From assembly GCA_018057705.1 (NCBI GenBank), contig JAGPDF010000011.1:21985-85984 (forward strand): 64,000 bases of DNA. The letters run 5' to 3'. Shown in pieces: positions 29,026-37,299 of the stretch. Position numbers and translations under genes: made by a program. Each line of letters begins with the position of its first letter. Position 1 is the first letter of the stretch. The DNA is from Thermoanaerobaculia bacterium. Lineage in GTDB: Bacteria; Acidobacteriota; Thermoanaerobaculia; Multivoradales; JAGPDF01. Below the pieces are notes generated by a model. It had not been told where the DNA came from and ran no database searches. It saw only the letters and a program-made list of their open reading frames with translations.

Positions 29026-29304
29026 TCAAGCTGCCCTTCGGACGTTGACGTTGATCCAATCCCAAGCTTCCTGGGACATCCAGCCGGCGCTTCGATTGAC
29101 CACTTCGATGATCAGGACGGTGTCGCTCTTGTCGATGTGGGGTGAAATCCGATCCCAGAGCTGCTCGGGGGTCTCGAAGGTCGCGATCAGCCAGGACGAC
29201 TTGAGGAAGTGCCACCAGTTCGGCGAGTTCTCCAATTCGCTGATCAGCCCTGCATAGTTCTGTCCGGGACGGTTGAGGTCATAGTTGACGGAATAGACGC
29301 GCAT
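29026..29304 (-). CDS. Hypothetical 92-aa protein (beta-alpha-beta-beta-alpha-beta pattern reminiscent of Cas2/VapD-like ferredoxin fold; unverified)
   Basis: 'MRVYSVNYDLNRPGQNYAGLISELEN..WWHFLKSSWLIAT..PEQLWDRISPHI..DTVLIIEV'. It is the first gene of an operon divergent from the XRE gene. Confidence 0.55.
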   Translation of the reverse strand: MRVYSVNYDLNRPGQNYAGLISELENSPNWWHFLKSSWLIATFETPEQLWDRISPHIDKSDTVLIIEVVNRSAGWMSQEAWDWINVNVRRAA

Positions 29305-29405
29305 TTCTTCTCCTTGATTCCTTCAGTCGAGTCGGCCTCATTGCCGCTGCGACCTTTTCCGCCATTATAGCACAGATGTCAACAGGGCTGTCGTGCGCTG
29401 GCCGT

Positions 29406-29474
29406 CAGTAATACTGACTGTCAGGCATCTGGTGGTGAGGGGGTTGTTTATTGGGCTGACAGTGGGCAATACTG
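29406..29474. promoter_or_regulatory. Divergent promoter/operator region with three related dyads
   Basis: CAGTAaTACTG (29406-29416) and CTGACtGTCAG (29414-29424) are palindromes. CAGTgggcaaTACTG (29460-29474) carries the same CAGT/TACTG arms with a wider spacer. All lie between divergent genes. Confidence 0.45.
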
Positions 29475-29480
29475 TTTCGG

Positions 29481-29858
29481 ATGGATTTCTACGAGCGCCT
29501 CGGGGCTCTGCTAAGTGCCTCCCGGGATGAGCGAGGGATCACGCAAGCCAAGCTCAGCTCGGAGATTGGCCTCAGCCGGTCCTCTATTGCGAACATAGAA
29601 GCGGGCGCACAGGGAGTTTCTGTGGAGCTTCTGGTTCGCATCGCTAAGGCCTTGAACGTCGCGCCAGCGACGCTCATACCCCCACCGGAAGCCGTCGACA
29701 CGGTCGCACAACTCCGCGAGTCGATTCGCGCTGCTTCGGTTGAGGTCTCCGAAGGTCTTATGGACCAGATCGAAAGGCACCTAAAGCCACGGGGAGAGTC
29801 GAGTGCTAAGAAGACCAGAACGAGAAGCAGCAGCGCTCCTAGTTCAGTTGGGGATTGA
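29481..29858 (+). CDS. XRE-family (HTH_3) transcriptional regulator
   Basis: 'ITQAKLSSEIGLSRSSIANIEAGAQGVSVELLVRIAKALNV'. Confidence 0.85.
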   Translation: MDFYERLGALLSASRDERGITQAKLSSEIGLSRSSIANIEAGAQGVSVELLVRIAKALNVAPATLIPPPEAVDTVAQLRESIRAASVEVSEGLMDQIERHLKPRGESSAKKTRTRSSSAPSSVGD

Positions 29859-30330
29859 GGGTCCGGCCGTTGACGTTGAGGGTGTCGCGAAGTCGTTGCG
29901 AATCAAGGTCGTTCGTGACGTGCTCGAAGATGGCACCTCGGCAATGCTCATTCGACAAGGCGCCGATGCGCTAATCATGGTCGATTCCGCCCAGACGAAG
30001 GCGCGGCAGCGCTTTAGCATCGCTCACGAGATCGGGCATTTTCAGCTGCATCGAGAGCTCGTTTTCGTCGACAAGCAGCCGGCGCGAGTCAACTTCCGCA
30101 ATGCTGATTCCTCACTTGCTCAGGATCCCCGAGAGATCGAGGCGAATGGCTTCGCTGCAGCACTTCTAATGCCGGCCGCCTGGGTCTACGCCGCAGTTGA
30201 GAAGCTACGCACTTCCAAGCGCCGACCAAGTGAAGAGCAGCTCGTAATTTCTCTCGCCACTACCTTCGCTGTCAGCGAACCTGCGATCCGATACCGCCTC
30301 CTTAACCTCGGCCTGATCTCCTCTTTTTGA
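29803..30330 (+). CDS. ImmA/IrrE-family zinc metallopeptidase
   Basis: 'FSIAHEIGHFQLH' (HEXXH) and 'EIEANGFAAALLMP'. GTG at 29803 lies after GGGGAGAG. It overlaps the XRE gene by 56 nt. Confidence 0.8.
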   Translation: MLRRPEREAAALLVQLGIEGPAVDVEGVAKSLRIKVVRDVLEDGTSAMLIRQGADALIMVDSAQTKARQRFSIAHEIGHFQLHRELVFVDKQPARVNFRNADSSLAQDPREIEANGFAAALLMPAAWVYAAVEKLRTSKRRPSEEQLVISLATTFAVSEPAIRYRLLNLGLISSF

Positions 30331-30450
30331 GTTCTTCTCGAAAGGGGTCGCTCGACCCGACCTGGCCTAGGAACGCTTGCATTCCCTGAAGGCGCTACTT
30401 CGAGAGGCTTCCAGGGGTCGGAGGGTTGCCAACGAGTAAGGCGAGCTCCG

Positions 30451-31515
30451 CTAGAAAAGCGCCGCGATCGCGGTATCGAAGGGGCGGTGCAGCACGCCCT
30501 CCTCGGTCACGATCGCCGTGATGAGGTCCGCCGGGGTGACGTCGAAGGCGAGATTGAAACCCGACGTTCCGACGGGCGCAATACGCCGACCGGCGAGATC
30601 GGTGACCTCGAGGCCGGCGCGTTCCTCGATCGGGATCTCGGCACCGGAGGGGATCCGGGGATCGAAGGTCGAGAGCGGCGCCGCGACATAGAACGGCACC
30701 TTGTGGCGGTGCGCGAGGACGGCGACGGTGTAGGTGCCGATCTTGTTCGCCGCATCGCCGTTGGCGGCGATCCGGTCGGCGCCGACGATGACCCGCTCGA
30801 CGAGGCCGCGGCTCATCAGCGCCCCGACCATCGAGTCGGTGACCAGGCGATGCGGAATCCCCAGCCGCAGCAGCTCCCATGCGGTGAGGCGAGCCCCCTG
30901 GAGCAGCGGCCGCGTCTCGTCCACCCAGACCGCGGCGAGACGTCCGGCGCGGTGCGCCGCGGCGATGACGCCGACCGCGGTGCCGATGCCGCCGGTCGCC
31001 AGAGCTCCGGCGTTGCAGTGCGTCAGCACCCGGTCGCCGGGGGCGAAGAGCGCGGCGCCGTGCTCCGCCATGCGCCGGTTGCGGTCGATGTCGTCGTCGT
31101 GCAGGGCCCGCGCCCAGTCGAGGAGCCGCGCCGCCAGCTCGACCGGCGGGCGCTCCCCTCCGGCTCGCAGGAGCTCGAAAGTCTCTTCGCCCTGCTCCAG
31201 CGCCCAGCGCAGGTTGACGGCCGTCGGTCGCGTCTCGCCCAGGATACGGACGGCATTCGCGACCCGGCGACTCGGCTCGGGCTCGGGATCGTCGGGGTCG
31301 AGGAGGGCCACCACGAGACCGTAGGCCGCCGCGATGCCGATCGCCGGTGCGCCGCGGACCACGAGCCGCCGGATGGCGTCGGCGACGCTAAAGACGCTGG
31401 AGCAACGGATCCACTCCTCGTCGTGCGGCAGGCGCGTCTGATCGAGCAGTTCGAGGGCGCCTCCGGAAAAGCGCACCGGTCGAAATTCGGCGGCTGGTTG
31501 CAGGTCATCCGTCAT
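30451..31515 (-). CDS. mtnA: S-methyl-5-thioribose-1-phosphate isomerase
   Basis: 'LELLDQTRLPHDEEWI', 'VRGAPAIGIAAAYG' and 'VIVGADRIAANGDAANKIGTY'. Confidence 0.85.
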   Translation of the reverse strand: MTDDLQPAAEFRPVRFSGGALELLDQTRLPHDEEWIRCSSVFSVADAIRRLVVRGAPAIGIAAAYGLVVALLDPDDPEPEPSRRVANAVRILGETRPTAVNLRWALEQGEETFELLRAGGERPPVELAARLLDWARALHDDDIDRNRRMAEHGAALFAPGDRVLTHCNAGALATGGIGTAVGVIAAAHRAGRLAAVWVDETRPLLQGARLTAWELLRLGIPHRLVTDSMVGALMSRGLVERVIVGADRIAANGDAANKIGTYTVAVLAHRHKVPFYVAAPLSTFDPRIPSGAEIPIEERAGLEVTDLAGRRIAPVGTSGFNLAFDVTPADLITAIVTEEGVLHRPFDTAIAALF

Positions 31516-31719
31516 ACGTCGATCTTAGCCCGGACAGTTCCCTCTCCCCGCCTGGCGCGGCGGTCGGCGGCTCTCTCCGTCCGTCGCAAGATGACCGCTC
31601 GCCGGCGGGGTGGCCAGGTCGGCTTGATAGGATTGTCGCCGCAGAGCTCACCTCGAGCCTTCGCAGGACCGTTCGTACCGGCCCCGGGCCGGGCGCGGCG
31701 CAAGAAAGGGGCCTCACCC

Positions 31720-32880
31720 GTGAAAGGCGATCCCAAGAAGCTCGGTTTTTCGACCCGAGCCATCCACGCCGGGCAGCATCCGGATCCGGCGACCGGCGCG
31801 GTCACCGTGCCGATCTACGCCACCTCGACGTACCTTCACGACGAGCTCGGCAAGCACAAGGGCTTCGAGTACGCCCGGGTCCAGAACCCCACCCGCTTCG
31901 CCCTCGAGGAGAACGTTGCGGCGCTCGAGGGCGGCCTCTCGGGCCACGCCTTCGCCTCGGGAATGTCGGCGATCGCCACCCTGATGACCCTGGTGAAGAG
32001 CGGCGAGCACGTCGTCTTCTCGCGCAACGTCTATGGCGGCACCTACCGCTTCATGACCCAGGTGCTGTCGCGCTACGGGGTGGAGTCGAGCTGGGTCGAT
32101 TCGACCGACCTCACCGAGATCCGCCAGGCGATCCGCCCGACTACCCGGATGATCTACGTCGAGACCCCGACCAACCCGATGATGGAGGTGACCGACATCG
32201 CCGGCGCGGCGGCGATCGCCCGCGAGCACGGCCTCGTCTTCGCGGTCGACAACACCTTCATGTCGCCCTATTTCCAGCGTCCGCTCGAGTTGGGCGCCGA
32301 CGTCGTCGTCCACTCGACGACCAAGTTCCTGAACGGCCACAGCGACTCGATCGGCGGCACCCTGGTCGCGAAGAGCCCCGAGCACGGCGAGTGGTTCAAC
32401 TTCGTGATCAAGTCGGAGGGGGCGATCCTGTCGCCGTTCGATTCGTTCCTCGTCCTGCGCGGCATCAAGACGCTCGCGGTGCGCATGGAGCGCCACGAGC
32501 AGAACGGAAGAGCCCTCGCGGCTTACCTCGACAGCCATCCCAAGGTGCAGCACGTCTTCTATCCCGGTCTCGCGAGCCACCCCGGCCACGCCCTGCAGCA
32601 GCGCCAGGCGACCGGCTTCGGCGCGCTCATCACCTTCGAGCTCGGGAGCTACGCCGCGGCGAAGAAGTTCCTGGATGCGGTCGAAGTCATGTCGCTCGCC
32701 GAGAGCCTGGGAGGCGTCGAGACCCTGACTTCGCACCCGGCCTCCATGACCCACGCCTCGGTTCCGGAAGACAAACGCGCCGAGCTCGGCATCACCGACG
32801 GCCTGGTGCGCATCTCCGCCGGCATCGAAGACCTGGCCGACCTCCTGGCCGACACGGAACAGGCGCTGGCTGCGGTCTGA
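31720..32880 (+). CDS. Cys/Met-metabolism PLP-dependent enzyme (cystathionine gamma-synthase/beta-lyase family)
   Basis: GTG at 31720 lies after AAAGGGG. 'STRAIHAGQ', 'YARVQNPTR' and 'HSTTKFLNGHSD' (PLP Lys) are present. The upstream part of the 797-aa track ORF is a shadow frame of mtnA. Confidence 0.85.
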   Translation: MKGDPKKLGFSTRAIHAGQHPDPATGAVTVPIYATSTYLHDELGKHKGFEYARVQNPTRFALEENVAALEGGLSGHAFASGMSAIATLMTLVKSGEHVVFSRNVYGGTYRFMTQVLSRYGVESSWVDSTDLTEIRQAIRPTTRMIYVETPTNPMMEVTDIAGAAAIAREHGLVFAVDNTFMSPYFQRPLELGADVVVHSTTKFLNGHSDSIGGTLVAKSPEHGEWFNFVIKSEGAILSPFDSFLVLRGIKTLAVRMERHEQNGRALAAYLDSHPKVQHVFYPGLASHPGHALQQRQATGFGALITFELGSYAAAKKFLDAVEVMSLAESLGGVETLTSHPASMTHASVPEDKRAELGITDGLVRISAGIEDLADLLADTEQALAAV

Positions 32881-32895
32881 GGCCCTCGCTGCTGC

Positions 32896-33594
32896 CTAAA
32901 TTACGCTCTGGAGCTGCGCTGCGGCCCGAGGCGCTTCCCTGGACTTGCGGTGCCTCGGCGTCTCGGCAAGTTCCTTGACGAAGTTGACGAAGTGCCTGTG
33001 CTTGAGTCTCCTTAGCTCGCCAAGAAAGACGAGCTGTGGCTTTCCGAGGTACTTCGGCTGATTAGCCGTCCACCTTAGGCTGCAATAGCCCGCTCTTAGT
33101 CGATGGCCAATCCAGCGGCAGTCGACAATTTGACGACCACCATCCTTATTAGCGAGCAGCAGAGAGCCAATGAGACTGGACCACCTGGCCTGAGGCACAA
33201 GTGCCGCACCATACAGGTGCCAAGACTGGCCGGAAAAAAAGAGCGCTCCGCTAGAACATTGGAAATCAGCGAGTATCTCGACAATAGTGGACCAGCCATC
33301 CTCAATTGTCGGAGTCTTGAAATCGACCATGGGAATGTGAAAGATCTCGACCCTCTCCCCGTGACGAATCAGGACCTGGGAGTGCATTGCGAGGTCGCGC
33401 CCCCTCGAAAGACTCGCTCGTAGCTTGCAGTACTCGTCAGCAAGGTGTTCTCGCCTTAGCACGAAGATCTCCCTCGAGTCCGCCAGAACTCCTGGCTGGT
33501 ACTCATAGCTGCTGAAGTTAACTTCAGCGCGCTCAGGTATCAATTCCTCGAGCATCTTCGGGATCACGTCCTCGGGCGTGGCGGCAAGTTTCAT
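32896..33594 (-). CDS. Hypothetical 232-aa protein, translationally coupled partner of dgt
   Basis: ATG at 33594 lies 4 nt after the dgt stop, with AAGGTGA 5 nt upstream. The block is low in GC. I found no domain I can name. Confidence 0.6.
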   Translation of the reverse strand: MKLAATPEDVIPKMLEELIPERAEVNFSSYEYQPGVLADSREIFVLRREHLADEYCKLRASLSRGRDLAMHSQVLIRHGERVEIFHIPMVDFKTPTIEDGWSTIVEILADFQCSSGALFFSGQSWHLYGAALVPQARWSSLIGSLLLANKDGGRQIVDCRWIGHRLRAGYCSLRWTANQPKYLGKPQLVFLGELRRLKHRHFVNFVKELAETPRHRKSREAPRAAAQLQSVI

Positions 33595-33598
33595 GTAG

Positions 33599-35038
33599 TC
33601 ACCTTACCGAGGGAAATCCTCGAACGACATGGTAGGTCTTGACCGCGTGGCTGTCAGTCATGCCAGAGACATAGTCCAGAAGCAACTGGAGTCTGAATAT
33701 CGGCTCGAGGTCCGGTTCAGCATCGACGCAATCGAGAAATGCTAAGGCGTGCTTTCGCGAAAGTAGCTCGACCAATCTCGATTCGAGTGCAAACTCGGAG
33801 GGCTTCTTTCCGGATCTCTTCCTTTCCAGCAAGGCCCGAAAATCCATTGAGGCCAGGCTCAGCAACGGACTTAGTGCGTCGAGTAGCCCCGTTACAATCT
33901 GGAATCCGCTGAGTTCAACTCCTACAGCTTCTGCAGACACAAAGATGTTCTTCCGCGCAAATTGCTTGAGGCCGTCCAGCGCTGCGCTAGATTCCTTGTC
34001 CAGATCTAAGAGCGGGTGTTGAAGCTCTCCATCTAGAATGGCGTCGTGCTGTTCACAGAAGATCTCGGCGGCTCGATTGACGAGGTGTCGCGTCAAATTC
34101 GTCCGAAAAACTACGAATTCTGCGTACTTGCAATGGCGCTTCTTGCTATCAAGCTTCTTCCAGTGCTTTCGCCTAGTGGTTCGATCCAGCGCCTTCTTGA
34201 AGGCTTCTTCGCTGACGATCCTCTTCTCGAGTGCGTCCTCGATGTCCGAGAGGCAGTAGGCGATGTCGTCCGCGGCCTCCATTAGGAAGACGAGTGGATG
34301 CCGTTGGCCTGGAAGTCCTGCATTGGCATCCCACTTGAGACCAAGTCTTTTCCAAATCTGCTCTAGAGTCTTCGACTCTGATTCGAAGTACCCGACTTTT
34401 CCCCGAAATCCAAGTCTATTCTTCGTTGTCGCTGGCGTTGGCGTTAGGTACTTCACCATGGAAGCCAGAAGCGACGCCGTTAGGTTCAGGCCGGAGGAAT
34501 CGCTCAGCCACTGGAGGCGGGATACGATTCGAAAGCCCTGGGCATTCCCATCAAAATACTTGAAGCCCGGAAGAAATCGTGCCACATGCTCCTGAGCTAC
34601 ACCTTGTTTCTTCCAAGAGCTACAGAGACTCTGCTCATTGTCGGCAATCCACTTCTGAATCGCATATTCGCCGAGGTGTCCAAATGGTGGGTTCCCGATG
34701 TCATGCAGCAAACAGGCGTTCGAGACCGTCTTTGTGAAAGGAAGGCGGAGATTCTCTTCGGCTGTTCCGCTAGAGACCAAGTTGTCAAAGACCTTACCCG
34801 CGATCAACTCGCCAAACATCGCGACCTCTAGCGTGTGCGTGAGCCTCGTCCGGACTGCGGCGTTCGTTTCTAGTGAGAAGACCTGCGCTTTGGTTTGAAG
34901 GCGGCGAAACGCGGTACATGTGACTACGCGCGCGTGGTCACTTAGTGTTTCTTCGATGAGATTTCTGCCTGCCTGAGTAGACTGACGGATTCGATCGGGC
35001 GAGAGAAAGTACCTCGAGCGCTCGCTCTTCTCCGCCAT
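33599..35038 (-). CDS. dgt: Deoxyguanosinetriphosphate triphosphohydrolase (Dgt type, HD domain)
   Basis: It aligns by eye with E. coli Dgt over the whole length. Shared blocks are 'AFRRLQTKAQVF..NAAVRTRLTHTLEV', 'LLHDIGNPPFGH', 'FDGNAQGFR', 'MEAADDIAYCLSDIEDALEKRI' and 'DYVSGMTDSHA'. ATG at 35038 matches the E. coli N-terminal length. The track ORF extends to GTG at 35095. Confidence 0.85.
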   Translation of the reverse strand: MAEKSERSRYFLSPDRIRQSTQAGRNLIEETLSDHARVVTCTAFRRLQTKAQVFSLETNAAVRTRLTHTLEVAMFGELIAGKVFDNLVSSGTAEENLRLPFTKTVSNACLLHDIGNPPFGHLGEYAIQKWIADNEQSLCSSWKKQGVAQEHVARFLPGFKYFDGNAQGFRIVSRLQWLSDSSGLNLTASLLASMVKYLTPTPATTKNRLGFRGKVGYFESESKTLEQIWKRLGLKWDANAGLPGQRHPLVFLMEAADDIAYCLSDIEDALEKRIVSEEAFKKALDRTTRRKHWKKLDSKKRHCKYAEFVVFRTNLTRHLVNRAAEIFCEQHDAILDGELQHPLLDLDKESSAALDGLKQFARKNIFVSAEAVGVELSGFQIVTGLLDALSPLLSLASMDFRALLERKRSGKKPSEFALESRLVELLSRKHALAFLDCVDAEPDLEPIFRLQLLLDYVSGMTDSHAVKTYHVVRGFPSVR

Positions 35039-35396
35039 GACCTGACTGCGCTCTGGTCTCTTAGTGGGGCTCTTCCTGGCGCGCCTCGTGGCCACTTGAA
35101 GCGCGATTATACGCCTTTGCGGCCTCCGTCTTCGGAGGGATACGTGGCTCTTGGATCTAGTCCACTCCAGCCTCGGCGCCGAAGGGGCCTCTCCTCTTCG
35201 GAGGCTGGCTCCCAGCAGGCGTTGATGACGCTGGTGTGAGCGCCCCTGCCCAGGCGACAGTGGCTCTTCATTGTAGGCCGAGGGCGAGGAACTCGCAGGA
35301 TTGAAGGCGCGAATCGCCCGATGCAGTCAACGATGCTCCGCCACTCCAGTCGAGCCCGCCAAGGACTGATGGCGAGGGTTCCAGCTTCCGCTCGCT

Positions 35397-35768
35397 TCAG
35401 TAGTTCGATTCGTCGAGGAGCTCGCGCTCCTCTTCGTCGGAGAACGGGGCGTTCTTGTCGAGCGAGGCGCCGATCCAGGCGAGGAACTTCTCTTCGCTCT
35501 TGCAGACCTTGAAGGCGAGGATCTCGGGGAGCTCGTAGCTGTGGAGCTCCTGGATCGCAGCCTGGACGGCGGCGTACTCGCTCTCCAGGGTCTTCACGAT
35601 GAGCAGGAACTCGGCGTCGCGGCAGATCTTGCCCTGCCAGCGGTAGACCGAGCGCACCCCGGTGACGATATTGACGCACGACGCATGGCGGCGCGCCACC
35701 AGCTCGGAAGCGATCAGGTTGGCCTGTTCTTCGGTGCCTACGGTTGTGACGACGACGAAAGCTCCCAC
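35397..35768 (-). CDS. cutA: Divalent-cation tolerance protein CutA
   Basis: 'VVVTTVGTEEQANLIASELVARRHASCVNI..SVYRWQGKI' and 'ELHSYELPEI'. Confidence 0.85.
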   Translation of the reverse strand: MGAFVVVTTVGTEEQANLIASELVARRHASCVNIVTGVRSVYRWQGKICRDAEFLLIVKTLESEYAAVQAAIQELHSYELPEILAFKVCKSEEKFLAWIGASLDKNAPFSDEEERELLDESNY

Positions 35769-35843
35769 GGCCGCGAAAGCTACGCCCCTTCCTCCGGCAA
35801 GTCATGCCGCGATGCGGCAAGGCGGTGTCCGCGAGGCGTCGCC

Positions 35844-36443
35844 TCAGCGCCAGCGTTCGCTTTCGAGGTCGTAGGCGAGGCAGCCGATCTTGCCGGTCCG
35901 GCCGAAGACGCGCGCCGCCGAGAGGTGGCGCCGTCCGTCGGTGACGTAGACCGTGCCCGGCGTCGCCGTTCCGATCGGGCTGAACGAGGCGATGTCGGAG
36001 CGATTGAAGCGCACCGGGTCGTCGAGCCGATCGAGCCGGCGGCGAGGATCGCCGGGGTCGCGCGGCGCTCGGCCCGGCGGAAAACCGAAGTGGATCTGGC
36101 GGCCGAGATGGGCGAGCCGGACGCGCGGCATCACCGGCGGGTCGTCGCCCGAGAGAATGTCGGCGGAGAGCACTCCGTCGCCATCGCCGTCGCGGTAGAG
36201 CCCCCAGGTCACCGTGCCGTCGGCGTCGACCCGGAACTTCAATCCGACGTTGGCGTCGTGGCGGATCGCATAGGCGCGCGCAACGTGAAACGCGGAGGCG
36301 ACTTCGGCTGCGGCGAGCTCCACCCGGAGCCCGGCGGCCAGCTGGAGAAGTGGGGGAATGCCCAGGGTGAGCACCAGGGAAGAGATCGCCATGGCAATCA
36401 GGAGCTCGATCAACTGATAACCCCTCTCGGCTGTCCGCATCAA
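35844..36443 (-). CDS. GspH/FimT-family pseudopilin (type IV pilin-like N-terminus)
   Basis: The prepilin motif is 'ERGYQLIELLIAMAISSLVL'. The body is GspH-like ('FHVARAYAIRHDANVGLKF'). Confidence 0.7.
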   Translation of the reverse strand: MMRTAERGYQLIELLIAMAISSLVLTLGIPPLLQLAAGLRVELAAAEVASAFHVARAYAIRHDANVGLKFRVDADGTVTWGLYRDGDGDGVLSADILSGDDPPVMPRVRLAHLGRQIHFGFPPGRAPRDPGDPRRRLDRLDDPVRFNRSDIASFSPIGTATPGTVYVTDGRRHLSAARVFGRTGKIGCLAYDLESERWR

Positions 36444-36467
36444 AGTCGCCTCCGCCCGGGCTCGAAA

Positions 36468-36851
36468 TCAGCCGTTGGCCGCGGGCTTCCCGGCCGGCGC
36501 GTCGGACTTTTCGGACTTGGCGGCGGCCTTCGGCGCGCGCGGCAGCTTCACCTTCTCGACGAGCGTGGTCGGCCCGCTGAGCGCCACGTACGGCTTCAGC
36601 TGCTCGTAGGTCGATTCACCGATGCCGCGCACCAGCATCAGGTCGTCGAGCGACTTCCAGGGGCCGTTCTTCTCGCGCTGCTCGACGAGACGCGCCGCGA
36701 CCGCGGGGCCGATGCGCGGCAGGAGCTGGAACTCGGCGGCGGTCGCCGTGTTGACGTTGACGGTCTTGGCTTCGCCGGCGAGCGCCGGAGCGGCGGCCAG
36801 GAGGCAGAGGACGAGTGCGGCGGCGGCGAGGGTGCGCTGGTGGATTCGCAT
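36468..36851 (-). CDS. comEA: ComEA-family helix-hairpin-helix DNA-binding protein
   Basis: Signal peptide, then 'VNVNTATAAEFQLLPRIGPAVAARLVEQRE..GPWKSLDDLMLVRGIGESTYEQLK'. Confidence 0.8.
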   Translation of the reverse strand: MRIHQRTLAAAALVLCLLAAAPALAGEAKTVNVNTATAAEFQLLPRIGPAVAARLVEQREKNGPWKSLDDLMLVRGIGESTYEQLKPYVALSGPTTLVEKVKLPRAPKAAAKSEKSDAPAGKPAANG

Positions 36852-37299
36852 GTTCGCTTTCCTTTCTTGCGGCGTTGGTCAGGCGTTCAGTGATGGCGGC
36901 GCCGGAGCTCTTCCGGCGTCGTCGCTGCGGACTGCCGACTGCACGGCTGCGGTACTGCGGTGTTGCGGTCCGGCCGACTGCATTCCTGGATGGCGGAGCG
37001 GCTCGTGGGGTCTCTGTCTTCCTGGCGCCTCCTCTCCGGTTGAACTGCGCTGCGCCAGACGACAGGTACACGCTCCCTGCCAGAGCGGTGAACATCGCGC
37101 AAATCCAGCATTTGCAATCACTTGGGATGAAAACTCCGGCGCCACCGCGGGCCACTGCCGGCAAGGGGACGGGCGCCTGTCGGGCGCGGCGCGGGGGCGA
37201 GAGGGGCGAGCACCCCGAAACAGCGCACTCCCATCCGGCCGTCAAAGGATCTGGACGGAAGCGCAATCCCTTGCGGCGATCGGATAGTCTTCAGGGCTG

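Noticed and set aside
30380-30405. TGGCCTAGGAACGCTTGCA upstream of nothing obvious, looked at as a sigma-54 promoter
   Set aside because: The GG to GC spacing is 13 nt rather than 10.
26543-30450. Classical ssrA-integrated genomic island
   Set aside because: There is no integrase, no repeat of the tmRNA 3' end, and a native-composition nucleotidase gene separates ssrA from the low-GC block.
31516-31719. Possible SAM or other riboswitch in the 204-nt leader of the trans-sulfuration gene
   Set aside because: I could not recognise SAM-I, SAM-II or other conserved riboswitch cores by eye, and there is no obvious terminator/antiterminator pair. A cmscan would be needed to overturn this.
36283-36298. 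parS-like half site CGTGAAACG inside the pseudopilin gene
   Set aside because: Only one half of the 16-bp palindrome is present and the other arm does not match.
36852-37299. RNase P RNA or 6S RNA in the long comEA-lepB spacer
   Set aside because: The conserved RNase P motifs (GGAAAGTCCGGGC, ACAGAAAACACCGCC-type) are absent on both strands, and I could trace no single long interrupted hairpin. The region is kept only as a low-interest finding.
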